DNA of 64,000 nucleotides from Styela clava (Eukaryota): NCBI RefSeq assembly GCF_964204865.1, contig NC_135252.1, positions 20,398,001 to 20,462,000 of the forward strand, read 5' to 3'. Shown piece by piece: positions 50,453 to 63,654 of this stretch (position 1 is its first letter; each line of letters starts with the position of its first letter). The notes under the pieces were generated by a model. It saw only the letters and a program-made list of their open reading frames with translations, ran no database searches and was not told where the DNA came from. The position numbers and the translations under genes were made by a program.

Positions 50453-53400
50453 TTTTTATATTATAATCATAAACCTCAGTAGCACAAATTATTACAAGTC
50501 TTCTAAACAGAAATTGAATTGCCTTCCTCATTAAATCTGACTACCTAAAGGCAGTTTTTGCGGGTAATATTTGGAACGGGATTCTTGTTGCGTATACTAT
50601 TCAAAATAATATTTATCAAAAAAATTGGCTATTAAGACCAATAGGTAATATTTTCAGAAGTGTCGTATAATGTGATAAACTTATTATTTTAATCTAAAAC
50701 AGTGAGAAACACAGATGAAATGAACAATTTTGTAACCAAAATATATGGCATCTTAGTAATACACTGATCAAATCATATTTTATGAAAAGCACTAATGAAA
50801 AGAAGCAAGCTGAATTGAAACAAACGGAACTACTTTAAACAGCCAAATCGTGATTGTCTCCTTGATCAATTGACACAAAGATTCATTATCGAAGAAGAAA
50901 ATAAATAGAAGAAAAAGATTCAAAAATCATTTGCAACATAGCCGATGATGTGTTGCCCGGTGACGCCCCCACCGAAACATATGCCCCCCGTGTTTATATA
51001 ACTTAGAATCTGAGTTTTATTGTGGCTTTAAATAAAGATTTTTTCTGTTTTTTTTTTTTTTCAATTTTTATTATGTATATTCATGCTTGCATTATACCCC
51101 CAAATTTTTAAAACCCATAATTAAAATTGAAAATTTCGTAATCGTACAATTTACAGCAAATTAGGATGTATAGATTTAGAATGACTTTGTTTCAGGTAAT
51201 TAGTCGTACCTAATTTTTGAATTTTGTAAATTTCTTGTTTTTGTTTGAATACCCCATGCTTTTTTAGAGTATTAACATTAAATTAGTTTGCGTAATCTAG
51301 TTACTAAAAAAGTTAGGAGGGTTTTATCGTAATATTGAAGTTGAAGTAACATAGCTTAGAATAGAACAACAATGTCTTGATATCATCAATAAACATATGA
51401 AAATGTACCCTGTTTTGTATTATTGTGTTGATATTTTTTAGTTGGGAAAATGAAAGAATTTCTGTAGTTGCGTTGGCGAAATATTCTTGAAAAGAAATCA
51501 GCATAGAATTGTCTTGACAATTTCTAAGAAACTTCAAATGAACGGAACGATAGATAATAAAGGAGATAACTTTAAGTGAAGCTACGAGTTATTTATATTT
51601 TTTCTCATTTTTTATATGGAATATTTGTTGACTCACTAGCAAAATCTGGAGTTAAGGATATGCCTCAGTGAATGCCGGACACAGCAAAGTTTGAGGATTT
51701 CATGTACGAACATTGGAATTTTGACATCTTTTCATTTAAAAATATTACAATCAATTTATTTTTTTTTAATCTGATATTCAATCGTGGGTTAGCGCATTAT
51801 TCCAATAACAAATAACAGAAGTTCAAAAATTAAAATTCATTTTTTGTTCGTTTTCACAAAACATGCTTTTAAAGATGGATTATCACGCAAAAAATTTTGT
51901 GGCGAATTTGATTTTATATATTTTTTTAAAATTTTTGGCATTTACCGTTAACATAAAGTGGACTTCGTTTGCGAGAATTGAATTTTCAAAAGACAACCCT
52001 GCCAAAATCGAACGCAAATTAGTATGTTCCCTTGACGACGAAGTAGTGAGAACTCGTCGGCGTAATTTTGCGTTGAGTCAAGGATATTTTTTGCGTTTTG
52101 TGTATTTATTTTGAAGCGTATGCAAATTCTATTGCATTTGAAAAACGCTTCTGTGGTTTATATACATACCAATATCTTCAAATAATATCATTGCATCATA
52201 ATTAATTACAGTGAATTCAACTAATCGAGGTCAAGATGTACTCGAGTTCTGTGCTGGATCTTTTGCTGCAACATATTTTCCAACGAAATAATGCATACCA
52301 GACAATTCATTGTCTTGAATCATCTAGATTTTATAATTTATGTGGGTTTATTCTGATTCTGTGACTAGTTTTTTGTTATATTGCCAGTATACATACATTG
52401 AATTAGCATAATTCGTATGTTAAAAATTACTATTTAAATATTTATTTTCCTGTTTCTACTGACATCAAATGTAAATATCACTCTTTGCATAAAACTTAAA
52501 AAAAAAATTAAAATTATCTTTAGATTACTGAGGATGAAATAGAGCAACAAAGATCGGGATTAGAAATATATTTGTGTTAGTGTGCAGCGAGACTCTTGAA
52601 TCACTTAGGATTGTTATCTCTACTCTTGCTACAGCATCCTTGCAATATATGCATACGGATCCACCGGCACAAAAGCATAGAAGAAGGATAAGTAGTTAGT
52701 CTCGCAGAAACCAAATAATCAGCGTAAGTATAGTTTTTATATTATAATCCTAAATCTCAGTCGCACAAATGAAAGAAAATAACCGGTAAATATAAAATCT
52801 TTTAAAGTACCGGTAATCTAGCTGCTCTCATTGAAATCGTGCCAAATTCGCTGACCAATCGCTTAAATGCGATCAATCTGTCATAAAATTCGAAAGCTAT
52901 CGATCCAATTATTAAAAAGAAAGACGATCTTTTTCAAGAATAATATCAACAACAGCAACAGCAACGATTTAACACAACGATTCATAGATCCACTGCATAT
53001 CCAATAATATGTTGCACAAAATGTTGGGTAGAGAAAACATAAAAACTGTTGAGAAAATCGTAAATAAGTGTAGAAAGAGAGAAATTATCGTTGTGATGCT
53101 TCTGAAATTCTAATAAAATATCGTATCACATGAAAATAAAAATAATAGCTTACTAGCCTAGTTACTTCACCCCTATTTTCAATTTATGAAAAAAAGTGAA
53201 ATTAATATATCTATGAGTAGCGAAGGAAATCAAGTATTTTAACAGCAACTACAATTTAACAATACGATCATCCATCTTGTAAAGGTGAAATTTTGTATAA
53301 ATTACCTCACCCATACTCCCTCGTTTACTTCGTTGTACTTGGCGATAATTTTTTCTTTTGTTTGAATTCTTAATTAAATGTTGCAGATCTTGAGATCGAT

Positions 53401-56400
53401 AAGTATGTTGATAGGTATTTGTCTGTCTGTATGTCTGTGTGTTAGATGCACGCGATATCTCACGAAAGCGAGGTTGAATCTGCTCCAAATTTTGCATGTG
53501 CATTCATCATAGCTCGGATCAGTAGCCTATTGATTTTGGATGGATTATGTCTTATAATTAGCGAGTTAATAATTAATTAATGATGGGGCACGCGGTGTCA
53601 CTATAGAGTCATGAATCGAAAGCGCAGTTTCGATCGATAAGTCTTCGGTCTCCGACCGATATTCTCGTTCAGTTATTATTAGTTAAGTTATGCTAAGACA
53701 GTGTTAAAATGTATACGTAAGTTATTAAGCACCTGTAAATTCCTACCATGTATAATAATTTCGGTTGAGCACTAGCTCATATAAGGTTGTTGAATAGGTA
53801 CGATGCGGTAATGTCAAGAAAGGCTAGACCTAAAAAAATATGCCACAAACAACGATACGGTATTTGTATGCTTGTATGGAAGGTTTATGACTTGAATATT
53901 CAGCAGACCTATACTACTATATAAGCTACAGCATATTTGATTCGGAAAATAATGACCGTTTTTGTAATGCACGTTTGTGAGAAAGAGGGGGGAATCACCA
54001 ATTTTACTGATGTCAGTTGATCCAAATTCATAAAGACAATAAGAACGTGGGCAGCAACGATAAGTTATGCAGATGTTGAAGGAAATGAAGCGATTGAGAG
54101 GAGACAAATCATGTATCAAGTTGTAGGCTGACAGTTGATGTTTTAATAAATACAGGGCATTTCAGACTGTGTGATTTAAATGGATCAGTGTAGATATAGT
54201 CTAGCATGTAAGCTCTGCAGAACATATATTGCTACTAAGCGTTTTCCACCTTTTATAGACTTCTCTGTCCCTCCCCCGAAATATATTGATCAAAAAATAA
54301 TTTCATCATACTATATCCTTAGAATATAACAGCACATTCACGCAACAATTCAATTTTTCAGGTAAAAAAGACAATCATATTACCCAAAGCTGGAAAAAAA
54401 AATTAAAATGTAATTCATTTATGAGATACCATGATAGTACTATATAGTAACGGACGTATCTTATTGGACATATTGCTCATACCTGCTTTTATATATACCA
54501 GAGGTGGCCAACACATCGATCGCGATCGACCGGTCGATCGCCACGTCTCGAGCAGTCGAACGCATCTGATGTTGAGTGAATTTATTAACATACCCCAAAA
54601 ATTGCTTTGAACCATTTCGGAGTTTTAAAACAGGAAGAATACAGTACACGTATACAGCGCGTGTGTCTTGACCAGGGGTCTTAAACTTAATTTACCTGGG
54701 GACCGCCGAGACGGAGCCTTAGTGAGTCCGGGCCGCATCCGTTTTTTCACAATAAAAGCATTAAACTTAAAAAGTTAAATCTTTTTCACCGTTTTTCTAT
54801 ACGCAAAACATGTCAAAAATGTAAAGTGTGTAAGTAACTCCGCGATGGATCTTTCCCCGAGCATCTACTTCCTTGTTTATTCCGTAACATGGGCTAATCC
54901 GCAAGACGCAAACAAGTGACGTAACAATAGACTTATTTGCATACGCTCAGACATTTGTCAATCAGAAATATTTTCAGGCATGTTTGCAAACATTACCTCG
55001 TTTTTGCATGCTATTTGTTAGTTTTAGGTTGTGTTTCAGAAATTCAAGTATGAATCAAAGAACTCACTGATCATTCTGATTGATTGGGCGTCGTGGCTTA
55101 ATTGCTGCAATCAAAAGTCTAGAAATAGCTGTGATAAACTTGGCTAAACTTCTCTATCGGTACTGTTGAAAAACAGGTTGTTGAATGTTTTGAATCGAAA
55201 TGATGACGTGAAACATATAACCCAGTTTATAGGCTTCAACTCGCGAAGCCACCTCCAAAATAAGCACCAAGAATTTGCAATGGTAAAGTATAAGAAAATT
55301 TTCGGGGTCAAAGGTCCATCGAATATCATGCCTACATATTCCTTTTGGGGAATAGATTATAAAATATTTTGTTTTTCTCTACTTGTCCTGATCATATATT
55401 AAATGCATCATTCATTCTAACTGAACTGAGTGACTTGCGGGCCGCACTACCATTAAACTTTCGGACCAAGGCGGGAGCCGCAAACTATCGTCCTGCGGGC
55501 CGCGAGTTTGAGGCCCCTGGTCTTGACTGACAAACGAATCTGCAATTAGCTTCTGCAGTATGCGAAAGTAATTGTCTCACTCCAAGCGAGCAAAGAATAG
55601 CCCCAGGAAGAAATTGTAAATTAGATACTGAAGTTTGAGCAGTCATATACACTCATCGTTTGAGAATATTCATTTTTCACGGTTTAGATCACTGTTTCTC
55701 AACCAGGGGCCATGGCCCACCTTTGGGCCACAGAAACATTTTCAGGTGGGCCACATACCCATTGAAAATTTCTAGAGTTATTGATAAATCACTTTGATCG
55801 TAGTAGCAATGAATTATGAGGCTGTTTTTGCTACTGAGTGGCCAATCTCATTTTATTTATTAAAACTGAAGTGTATATCTTTATGAAAAGGATATTTTTT
55901 CTATTTTTCCCGTGGCTTTTCCATTACATGAGTAATTTAATGTGCCACAACAATTTTTGTGCAAAATAAGTGGGCAATAAATGAAAAAAAGGTTAAGAAC
56001 CACTGGTTTAGATATTACTTGAATACTTGACAGGGTTTCTTGAGGCATTTCTAACACTTACGATTAAAAATTAGGCAGGCTATATATCTGAATGAATCGA
56101 ATAAATCTTAAATAAATGATGAAACATTTACTCCAGGTACAATTAAATAATCAAATTAATAACTTCAATGGAACATGAAAAATAAAAAATTTGTGTCGAT
56201 TTTATTAAGAATTCGCCTAGTAGTAGGCCTAGCCATTCGTTTAAGTGTATGACCTTATTACCGATCAGTCGATCGCGAACTATTTTAAAGATTTCAGTCG
56301 ATCGCGGCCGAAACCAGGCTGGCCACCTCTGATATATACCATGGTCCATGACACTGTGAATATGCCACACTTAAAACATCTGAACTATACTTATACAGAA

Positions 56401-57667
56401 TTACACTTTTAAGTTTCACCCTTGATAGAATAACATAACAATCTGATTAGCATATTTTACAAAAAATAAAAAAATTCAAATACTTGCGATAGCGCTGAAC
56501 AAAAGAACAAAACTTTTTAACTACACACTTTGACGTTTTCACGCCTTCTTAGTTTAAAATGAATTCGGTCTCCAACTTATGAAAATTTGAAAGAGTATTC
56601 GGGAAAAGTCCCACTGCTAGTCCACAAAAACATTTACAATTGGGACAAATTGCTAAACCACGTGGGCCAGATAAATTTGGTTTGATTTGTGACGCCAAAT
56701 AGTTCAATTTGGATTGTATTGACAATGACTGAAAGGTGATTCTGTTTCGTTCTAATTATTAAAGTGCAGGTGTCTAGTTTTCGAAAAGAAGTTTTCGCTT
56801 TCCTTGTACATTTTCCGTTGCATGAAAAAGTTAATGGGGCACAGGATTTCTGTGCAATAGGCCACATAAGGAATAGAGTTGGACATTACTGGTTTAATCA
56901 GCTCATCCACACATCACCTGTCATTGGTTGACGAGATATGATAATAGTTTATGAAGTCTTTTCATGACCCTTCATCGCAGCTTGAAGACATTTTCCAACA
57001 GGACAAAAATAAAAGTCATTAGGAGAAAGCAACGAATAATGAAAATGGTGATCCAGTACGATTATTGATGTTGCCGCCGAATGTATTATCCAAAATTTGA
57101 GATAAATAATCCAAACACGTATGGTAGCTCAAAACGTAAAGCACAAACTCGTAAACTACCTACTTTACAAATCATAAGGCACACCGGTATTAGGGGCAAT
57201 GTTAATAAATTGCTTAGCTTTGGTTTTCAACCATTCATAAAGTGCATCGAACTATAAGATGCAAACATTACTGGTACTGTTTTCAAGTTTGCAATATAGC
57301 ATAAAACACTACCGGATCGATACATTATAAGACTTGTAGGGCGTGTAGGGTGCACAATCCATTTTTGAGAAAATGAAAAATATAATATTTAAAGCGCGCC
57401 TTAAGTTCCGTAAAATATGGTAATCGTTTCGGCGTTTGTATAAACGCCTTCTTAGTTTGGGTCGAAATTGAATATCCGCCTTATGACAACTTACAGATGA
57501 CTCCGAGACATTCAAAAAACCAATTTGGACTCAGATTCTTAGTTGAGTCAGTAAAATTTGACTCCGAGTGTTTTTGTCAAATCAGCCTATCATCAGCTGG
57601 CTTTCGTCATGAGTGAGTAATAACTGAAGTGTATAATTTAAAAGTTTATGAAGTTTTTTCGTAACAT

Positions 57668-58285
57668 TCATCGTTGTTTATTGAAGAAACTTCTTAAGAA
57701 AGCGAAAAATGCACACAGCAACCGAAAAATCAATATAGCAAACATGCTCAGTTCCTGAGATTCCGTCTGACGAATGCGTGGGGATTCACGAGTCACACGT
57801 GGCGGGGAATCGTGTGCTCCATTCCATAGTCTAACTCCACTTCTACTAGAACTCATGGAAAACTCGTTAGACCTTGTATGGTGCCTGGTACGGGCTACAT
57901 TGGGCTGATTGTGTTTGTCAATCAAATTATCTGATCCTCTACGAATTCGTATGCTAATTCCATCATTCTTTGTTGTAAATTTTTCTTCTGGCAATCGAGA
58001 TTTGTCCACAAGACGAACCTTTACTTTACTCAGAAAATAATGATTTTCAAGTAATTTTAGCAAATGAAGTCTTCTGTTGTCCAGTGACCAAAATTTATTA
58101 TTCATTTCTATGATTTTTATAAGTGGTATGTCATCAACGTTCAGTTCTCTTTGTGAAATTTTTCTCACAACATCTTGAATTGTATCTCCGTTTTGAAAGT
58201 ATGGGAGAATAGAATCCTGGGTGTATCGAACATCTGATGGGCGAACCCATACTCTTGATTCTTTTCGCTTCCACATACTATACAT
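57668..58285 (-). CDS. ParB/Srx-like (Tox-ParB-like) tail-anchored protein, copy 2
   Basis: 205 aa, 9 substitutions relative to copy 1, no indels, motifs intact. Confidence 0.8.
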   Translation of the reverse strand: MYSMWKRKESRVWVRPSDVRYTQDSILPYFQNGDTIQDVVRKISQRELNVDDIPLIKIIEMNNKFWSLDNRRLHLLKLLENHYFLSKVKVRLVDKSRLPEEKFTTKNDGISIRIRRGSDNLIDKHNQPNVARTRHHTRSNEFSMSSSRSGVRLWNGAHDSPPRVTRESPRIRQTESQELSMFAILIFRLLCAFFAFLRSFFNKQR

Positions 58286-58296
58286 ATATTAAACTT

Positions 58297-58499
58297 GGTT
58301 CCATTACATTTGAACCCACGTACATTTGAACCCATGACAATTGCACCTGTATGCTATTGCACCTATGGAATTTTTTTTGTTTCACGGATAGTTAAACCCA
58401 TACTAACCCTAACCCATGGGTTTTAGCACCCGCATATAGATTGAACCCGTGGATATACGCATGGGTTCAAATGTACATGGGTTCAAATGTACGGTCACC
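58297..58499. mobile_element. young MITE with 9-bp TSD (Mutator-like TSD length), copy-2 specific
   Basis: TIR ggttccattacatttgaaccca / tgggttcaaatgtacggtcacc; perfect TSD attaaactt; empty site at ~15023-15031 in copy 1. Confidence 0.9.
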
Positions 58500-61400
58500 A
58501 TTAAACTTACGACAAGCTTTTTAAAAAAACGAAAAAAAGTACAAAAGATTTGTTATTCTTGTTAAAAACACTTTTAGGTATTCACCTGACGTACCCCAAA
58601 GTCTAGTCCATCCATTTAAACCGACAACTGGTTAATCATAACTCGACATATACTGGTAACCGGACGAGAGGCCTTGATATATGATAAGGCAGACGTATCA
58701 ATTTTCCTCTACCCGAATTAAATAAAAAATTCTCAATTTTCTGCACGTTCGATCCTACTAGCCGTTTTATTATCATACTAAGTCATAAAGGGTAATCTGA
58801 TCTGTGAACCTTTTGTCATTAAGCTTCTTTCAGTATCTCATCAGATACGTGCAATCTAATCTTGTTGAATTTGTTATCAAACTTTTAATGCAATTAAATG
58901 AAAATAAACTTTAGGATCTATAACAGACATGGGCAAAGTACGGCTCGCGGGCCAAATCCAGCCCATTGGGTGATTTTAATCTGGCCCGCCCTATGCTGCC
59001 ACAACCAAACGAAAATCATATTTTGATGTTTTAGCTAAGCATATCTCAAGAAACTTGTTGATTGCGGTTAAATTTAGTTTTGGCACGAGGCCTATTGTTT
59101 TCCACTGTTGCTTTTGTAACACTGTAAATATTGTTCATAAAATGTAACTTTTAACGTCACAATTACATGGTTACAGTGACTGTAGGCAAAATTTTTGGTC
59201 CCTAATCCAAAAATCATGTCCACCCGTGATCTATAACGTCAGCTGCTAGTTCATTAGGTTCTGCGCGTTTCGTACACATTCTCCCCTGTAGCTAATGGTT
59301 AAAATAATGTTCGCTAAAATCCCTAAAGTTTCTCCAGTTCATGGAACATCGAGACCAAAGACAACTTGTTCGAAAGAGTATTTTTTTCTGCGGAAGGTAG
59401 CATTCTATATCGGTCCAGCCGTTAAGTCGCCAGAGCTGGACACACAGACAGACAAGCCGTTAGGCGCCCGATATGGATCTCCGCTAACGGCAGAGTCCGC
59501 GTCATTCCAGTTTACTAACGGGTAATACGGAGACGCCATTGTACAGAGAAAATTGTACCAAAACTGCCAGTTCATTTTGAGCGCTGTGCGGGACATCGGT
59601 ATCCGTGTGCAATGTTATGCCGTGGCTAATGATTGAAACATGTTCACTAAAATCTCTAAGGCTTTCTTAATTTATGGACTATACAATGAAGAAGACTTGT
59701 TAGAAAGAGTATTTTCCTCCGCGGATGGTATCATTGTCGGAATTTTAATATTCGACTTGGCTGACGAAAAAATGGCGGTAATTTATCATAAAATAGGAAT
59801 ATTTTCAACGATTAGAGCGTTTTTTGCTGCTGCCATGGAAACGAAACACAAATCCGGACTTCCGGTAAAACGCACATAACTAGGTTGACAGTATAACATA
59901 CGGGTGAAATTTCCTCTAGATCGGTCCAGCCGTTAAGACGCCAGAGCTGGACACACAGACAGTCAGAACGACCGATAATAAGGTTCTCCTATAGCGGAGA
60001 TCCAACAGAACAGTAATCGGTAATTATTGACTCGATTAATTTTATGTGAATAAACTTGCCTTTTATGTTATATCTAAATACTAACGTAAATCGTAACTTG
60101 GCTGGTACGTAAGTCTCGTAAAAACGTTTTCGTCCCGCGATGAATTTCGCGACCCTGAAAAGGTTGGTGACCTACATTAAATATTCTACTACATAAATTT
60201 CTAATTTGGTCGTTGCGGTCTCATTTGAACGCTCTGCGGACTTATTTGAGACCGCGGACTCGGGTTGGGAAACACTGTTCTAAGCATTGAGCTGCAAAGC
60301 TAGTAGTGACTGATATCAAGTATAGTTTTAACGTATTTTTACGCCTCTTATTTCAGGGTCTGAATATATTCAAATCTAATAATTGACTCGGTTTAGCATC
60401 TTATTTACTTATCAATTTTAATCGGTAAGTATGCTAATAGATATTTGTCTGTCTGTCTGTTAGATGCACGCGATATCTCACGAAAGCAAGATTGAATCTG
60501 CTCCAGATTTTGCATGTGCATTCATCATATGTCGTACCAGTAGCCTATTTTGGATGAATTATGTCGTATAATTAGCGAGTTATCAATTAATTAGTGATGG
60601 GACACAAGGTGTCACTATGGAATAAGAGCGCTGTTTTGGGGGATCGCCTAACTTTCGATCGATAAGTCTTCGGTCTCTAACCAATATTCTCGTTTTGATT
60701 TTTGTTGTGTTTTATCTGAAACGAAAAAAAGCGCCCAGGTCGTTTAGCGGTGGAATCCTTTTTGTGAATAAAAAAATACTTTCAACGAATACCTTTCACA
60801 TCGTTCTTAAATATAAGCCACGGTCATTGCCTCGATCGTTAAACTGTGAATGACGTGTCGGCTCAAGATTTGAACCCTATGTAACTGACATCTTGTACTC
60901 CAACAGCAAATTTTGGTTAATTTATATCTGGTTTAAACAGATCAGCTTCAAAAGTATGATTCATATTTGAGCATATATAGAGCATAAAAATATTGACGAT
61001 GCGATGCTCAATAATTTATCAGCGACTCCTCTATGGTCGTCCCCGCACTGAACCTCATCGCTCACCAGATGCCACTCACTGCAAGTCATACGCATAAAAG
61101 TTTATCTGCTCAGTAATCTCAATCGCTATACTTGTCATTTGAGCTCATGTTGGTTCAAAAATTGTACTGGCTGGGTTTACATTTTATGAGGTTGAATTTT
61201 TGAATTGCCTGCCCCGATGCCAACCTAATTACAGGTACCACGTAAAATACCTACACGAATTCCCCAGACGAAACTTAATAGATTGTATGCTTTATGTCGC
61301 TCAATGAGCACTGATCCAATTTGTAATCGAGAAAATGGTTTCGATTTGAATATTTGAGCCCTGCGTACGGAACTAGAAATCACCTTGCGTAACATTTCAT

Positions 61401-63593
61401 GAGAAAGAGATAAAGCACAAATATTGTGCTGGGCACACATATTATGCCATTCTGGAAAAATTTAGACAATGCTCAAATATATAGATACGAAAGCCAAAAT
61501 GAAGTAGATATTCAATTTTTCACAGTACTTGTACCCGACCGTAGTCTTACCGTTCTCGACTGAGAATCACATTGCAATGATCGCGAACGCGAACTCGGAA
61601 TCGCAACGAGGTGCGTAATTTTTAATTTTAACTTTGTGTCTGACAAGCTTACAAAAATCGATTGCCATTAGAAAAAAATACTCATTGTCATTAGAATAGT
61701 ATTGCTGTTAGAATTTATCGTATTTAATGTTTTTTATTGTCAATTATGATTCAATTTGTGCTTATCGAATAAAAATACCGCTTGAAAGAGAGTTGACCCA
61801 ATACAAAATCTTTGACCTTGAAAATGAATAGCCCTGTGGTTAGGAATGAAATCACATAATTTAAAACGGAGACATTATGCAAGGCAACAACTTTGGGTGG
61901 ATATGGCATAAACATACATATTCCTTTTATGTGTTCCTTTATAATGTGTGCGATAGAATACATTGAATAAATATGCAATGGTAGTAATCATTGAAAAATG
62001 ATTTAAAACTTTACCGATAATAATATTTTACTTAAACTGGAATAGAAATTAGATATTGAAAAAGCATGCTCTATTGTAGGACAAATGAGACAAGTGCAAA
62101 CATGTGTGTTGCATGTGTGGGACAAGTAAGCAACGTCATTTTTGATACATCCTGTCAACAGTGTACCAAGACACATGAAACACCCACGTTGATTGATTAT
62201 TCCACGTAAAAAATGATTAAGGATTAAAAATGTACGGCATCAATTATGTCTTTGATTTTTAACAAAAAAAATTTGTTTTAAATTATTCGAGTTACACAAA
62301 TATATTTGTGCTGGTGGTAGCAAAATTCTTAAATCACCCAGAATCGCTGTTCTTCAATTTTGCTTTGCATCTTTTCATTAGGGTATAGGGGAAGCATAGG
62401 CAAGGATGAATAATTAGAGCCAGAATCACAATGGACAAAGCAAAATGACGCTTGCATTAGTTTTTATTTCAAGTCTGAATTTCCAATCTCGCCTGCTCTC
62501 TACTAGGGAAAGGTTCTACTTCAATAATTTCAAAAATGCTATTCCCGCTTCCATACCATTGGACGCAACGCAAAATAGCCACCGACAAGTAGAAAGAATT
62601 ACCATGTCTCCGTTATATAAATATATATATTTCCCAAGCCCTCGCTATATTGTGCTTGTTTGCCTGAATGGTTCATAAGAAAATGATTTGATATATTTCT
62701 GTATTGTTTGACAAACAAAATCTTTCAATTTTAAAAGAATTTTTCACTATATTACGCAATGTTTGGAAAGCATTATTTCAATATTTATTAGTTTGCAATG
62801 TAAATAGACATAAAAAGTCATCTGACATTACAACGGATAATCGTTAAAGGCCAGGCAGTTGTTTAGCGAGTTTGCCTCATTCAGTGAGCATATCAAATAG
62901 AACAGGGGTTCCCACTATTTATTACCACAGCTTATGGCGACTCATCTAGTGATTTTCTACAATGTAATTTTATTTTTGATGAATGAACTCAAAAAACATC
63001 AAAAAAAAACATAGTGTTTTTATTCTAAGGAATATAAATCTAAATCATGTCTAAATTTCGGGGAAACACGGCAAGAAGTAAGAAGTGCTGTACAGTGTAC
63101 AAAACTGCTATACACAAAAAAGCCACATGGTCATTCTTTGTGTAGCAAATTTTTGTTCCTTTGAGAAGATCGTAAAACGGAAACTTTCACAGATTAGGAT
63201 TTAAATTCAATTTAATTTTTTTTTTTTTCAAGATTTACGTATTCGAGTCGCCACCGATCCTAATGGCCAGCATAATTAATCAAAGCTTCCTACATCATTT
63301 AACGACCCACTAAGATTCCTTTTGCGACCTACCAGTGGGTCGCGAACCATAGCTTGGGAACCGTTGAATAGAATGTTTCAGGTTTATGTCAGAAGATAAA
63401 AATTGTGGGCAAAGATGTTTATTTATCCGTATAGTTTATTCAGGTAGGACTTATAAATAATTGACGTTATAAAGACTTGGACTACTAATTTAATAGGAAC
63501 GACGGCAAAGTGCTATGATTAAACAAAGGTTAAAGCTCCAACAATTTACAAAAGACAGGAAGGGACAGTCGTCGAATAGTAAAAAGCGCTTGG

Positions 63594-63654
63594 TTAAGAG
63601 TCTAAAAATACAATCTGACATAGAGTATGTCAGATTGTATTTTTAGACTCTTAA
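63594..63654. repeat. perfect 29-bp-arm palindrome at a rearrangement junction
   Basis: ttaagagtctaaaaatacaatctgacata-gag-tatgtcagattgtatttttagactcttaa. Confidence 0.95.

Larger units (their letters stand above)
45155..63620 (+). repeat. segmental tandem duplication, copy 2
   Basis: Colinear with ~2015-22480. Confidence 0.95.
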
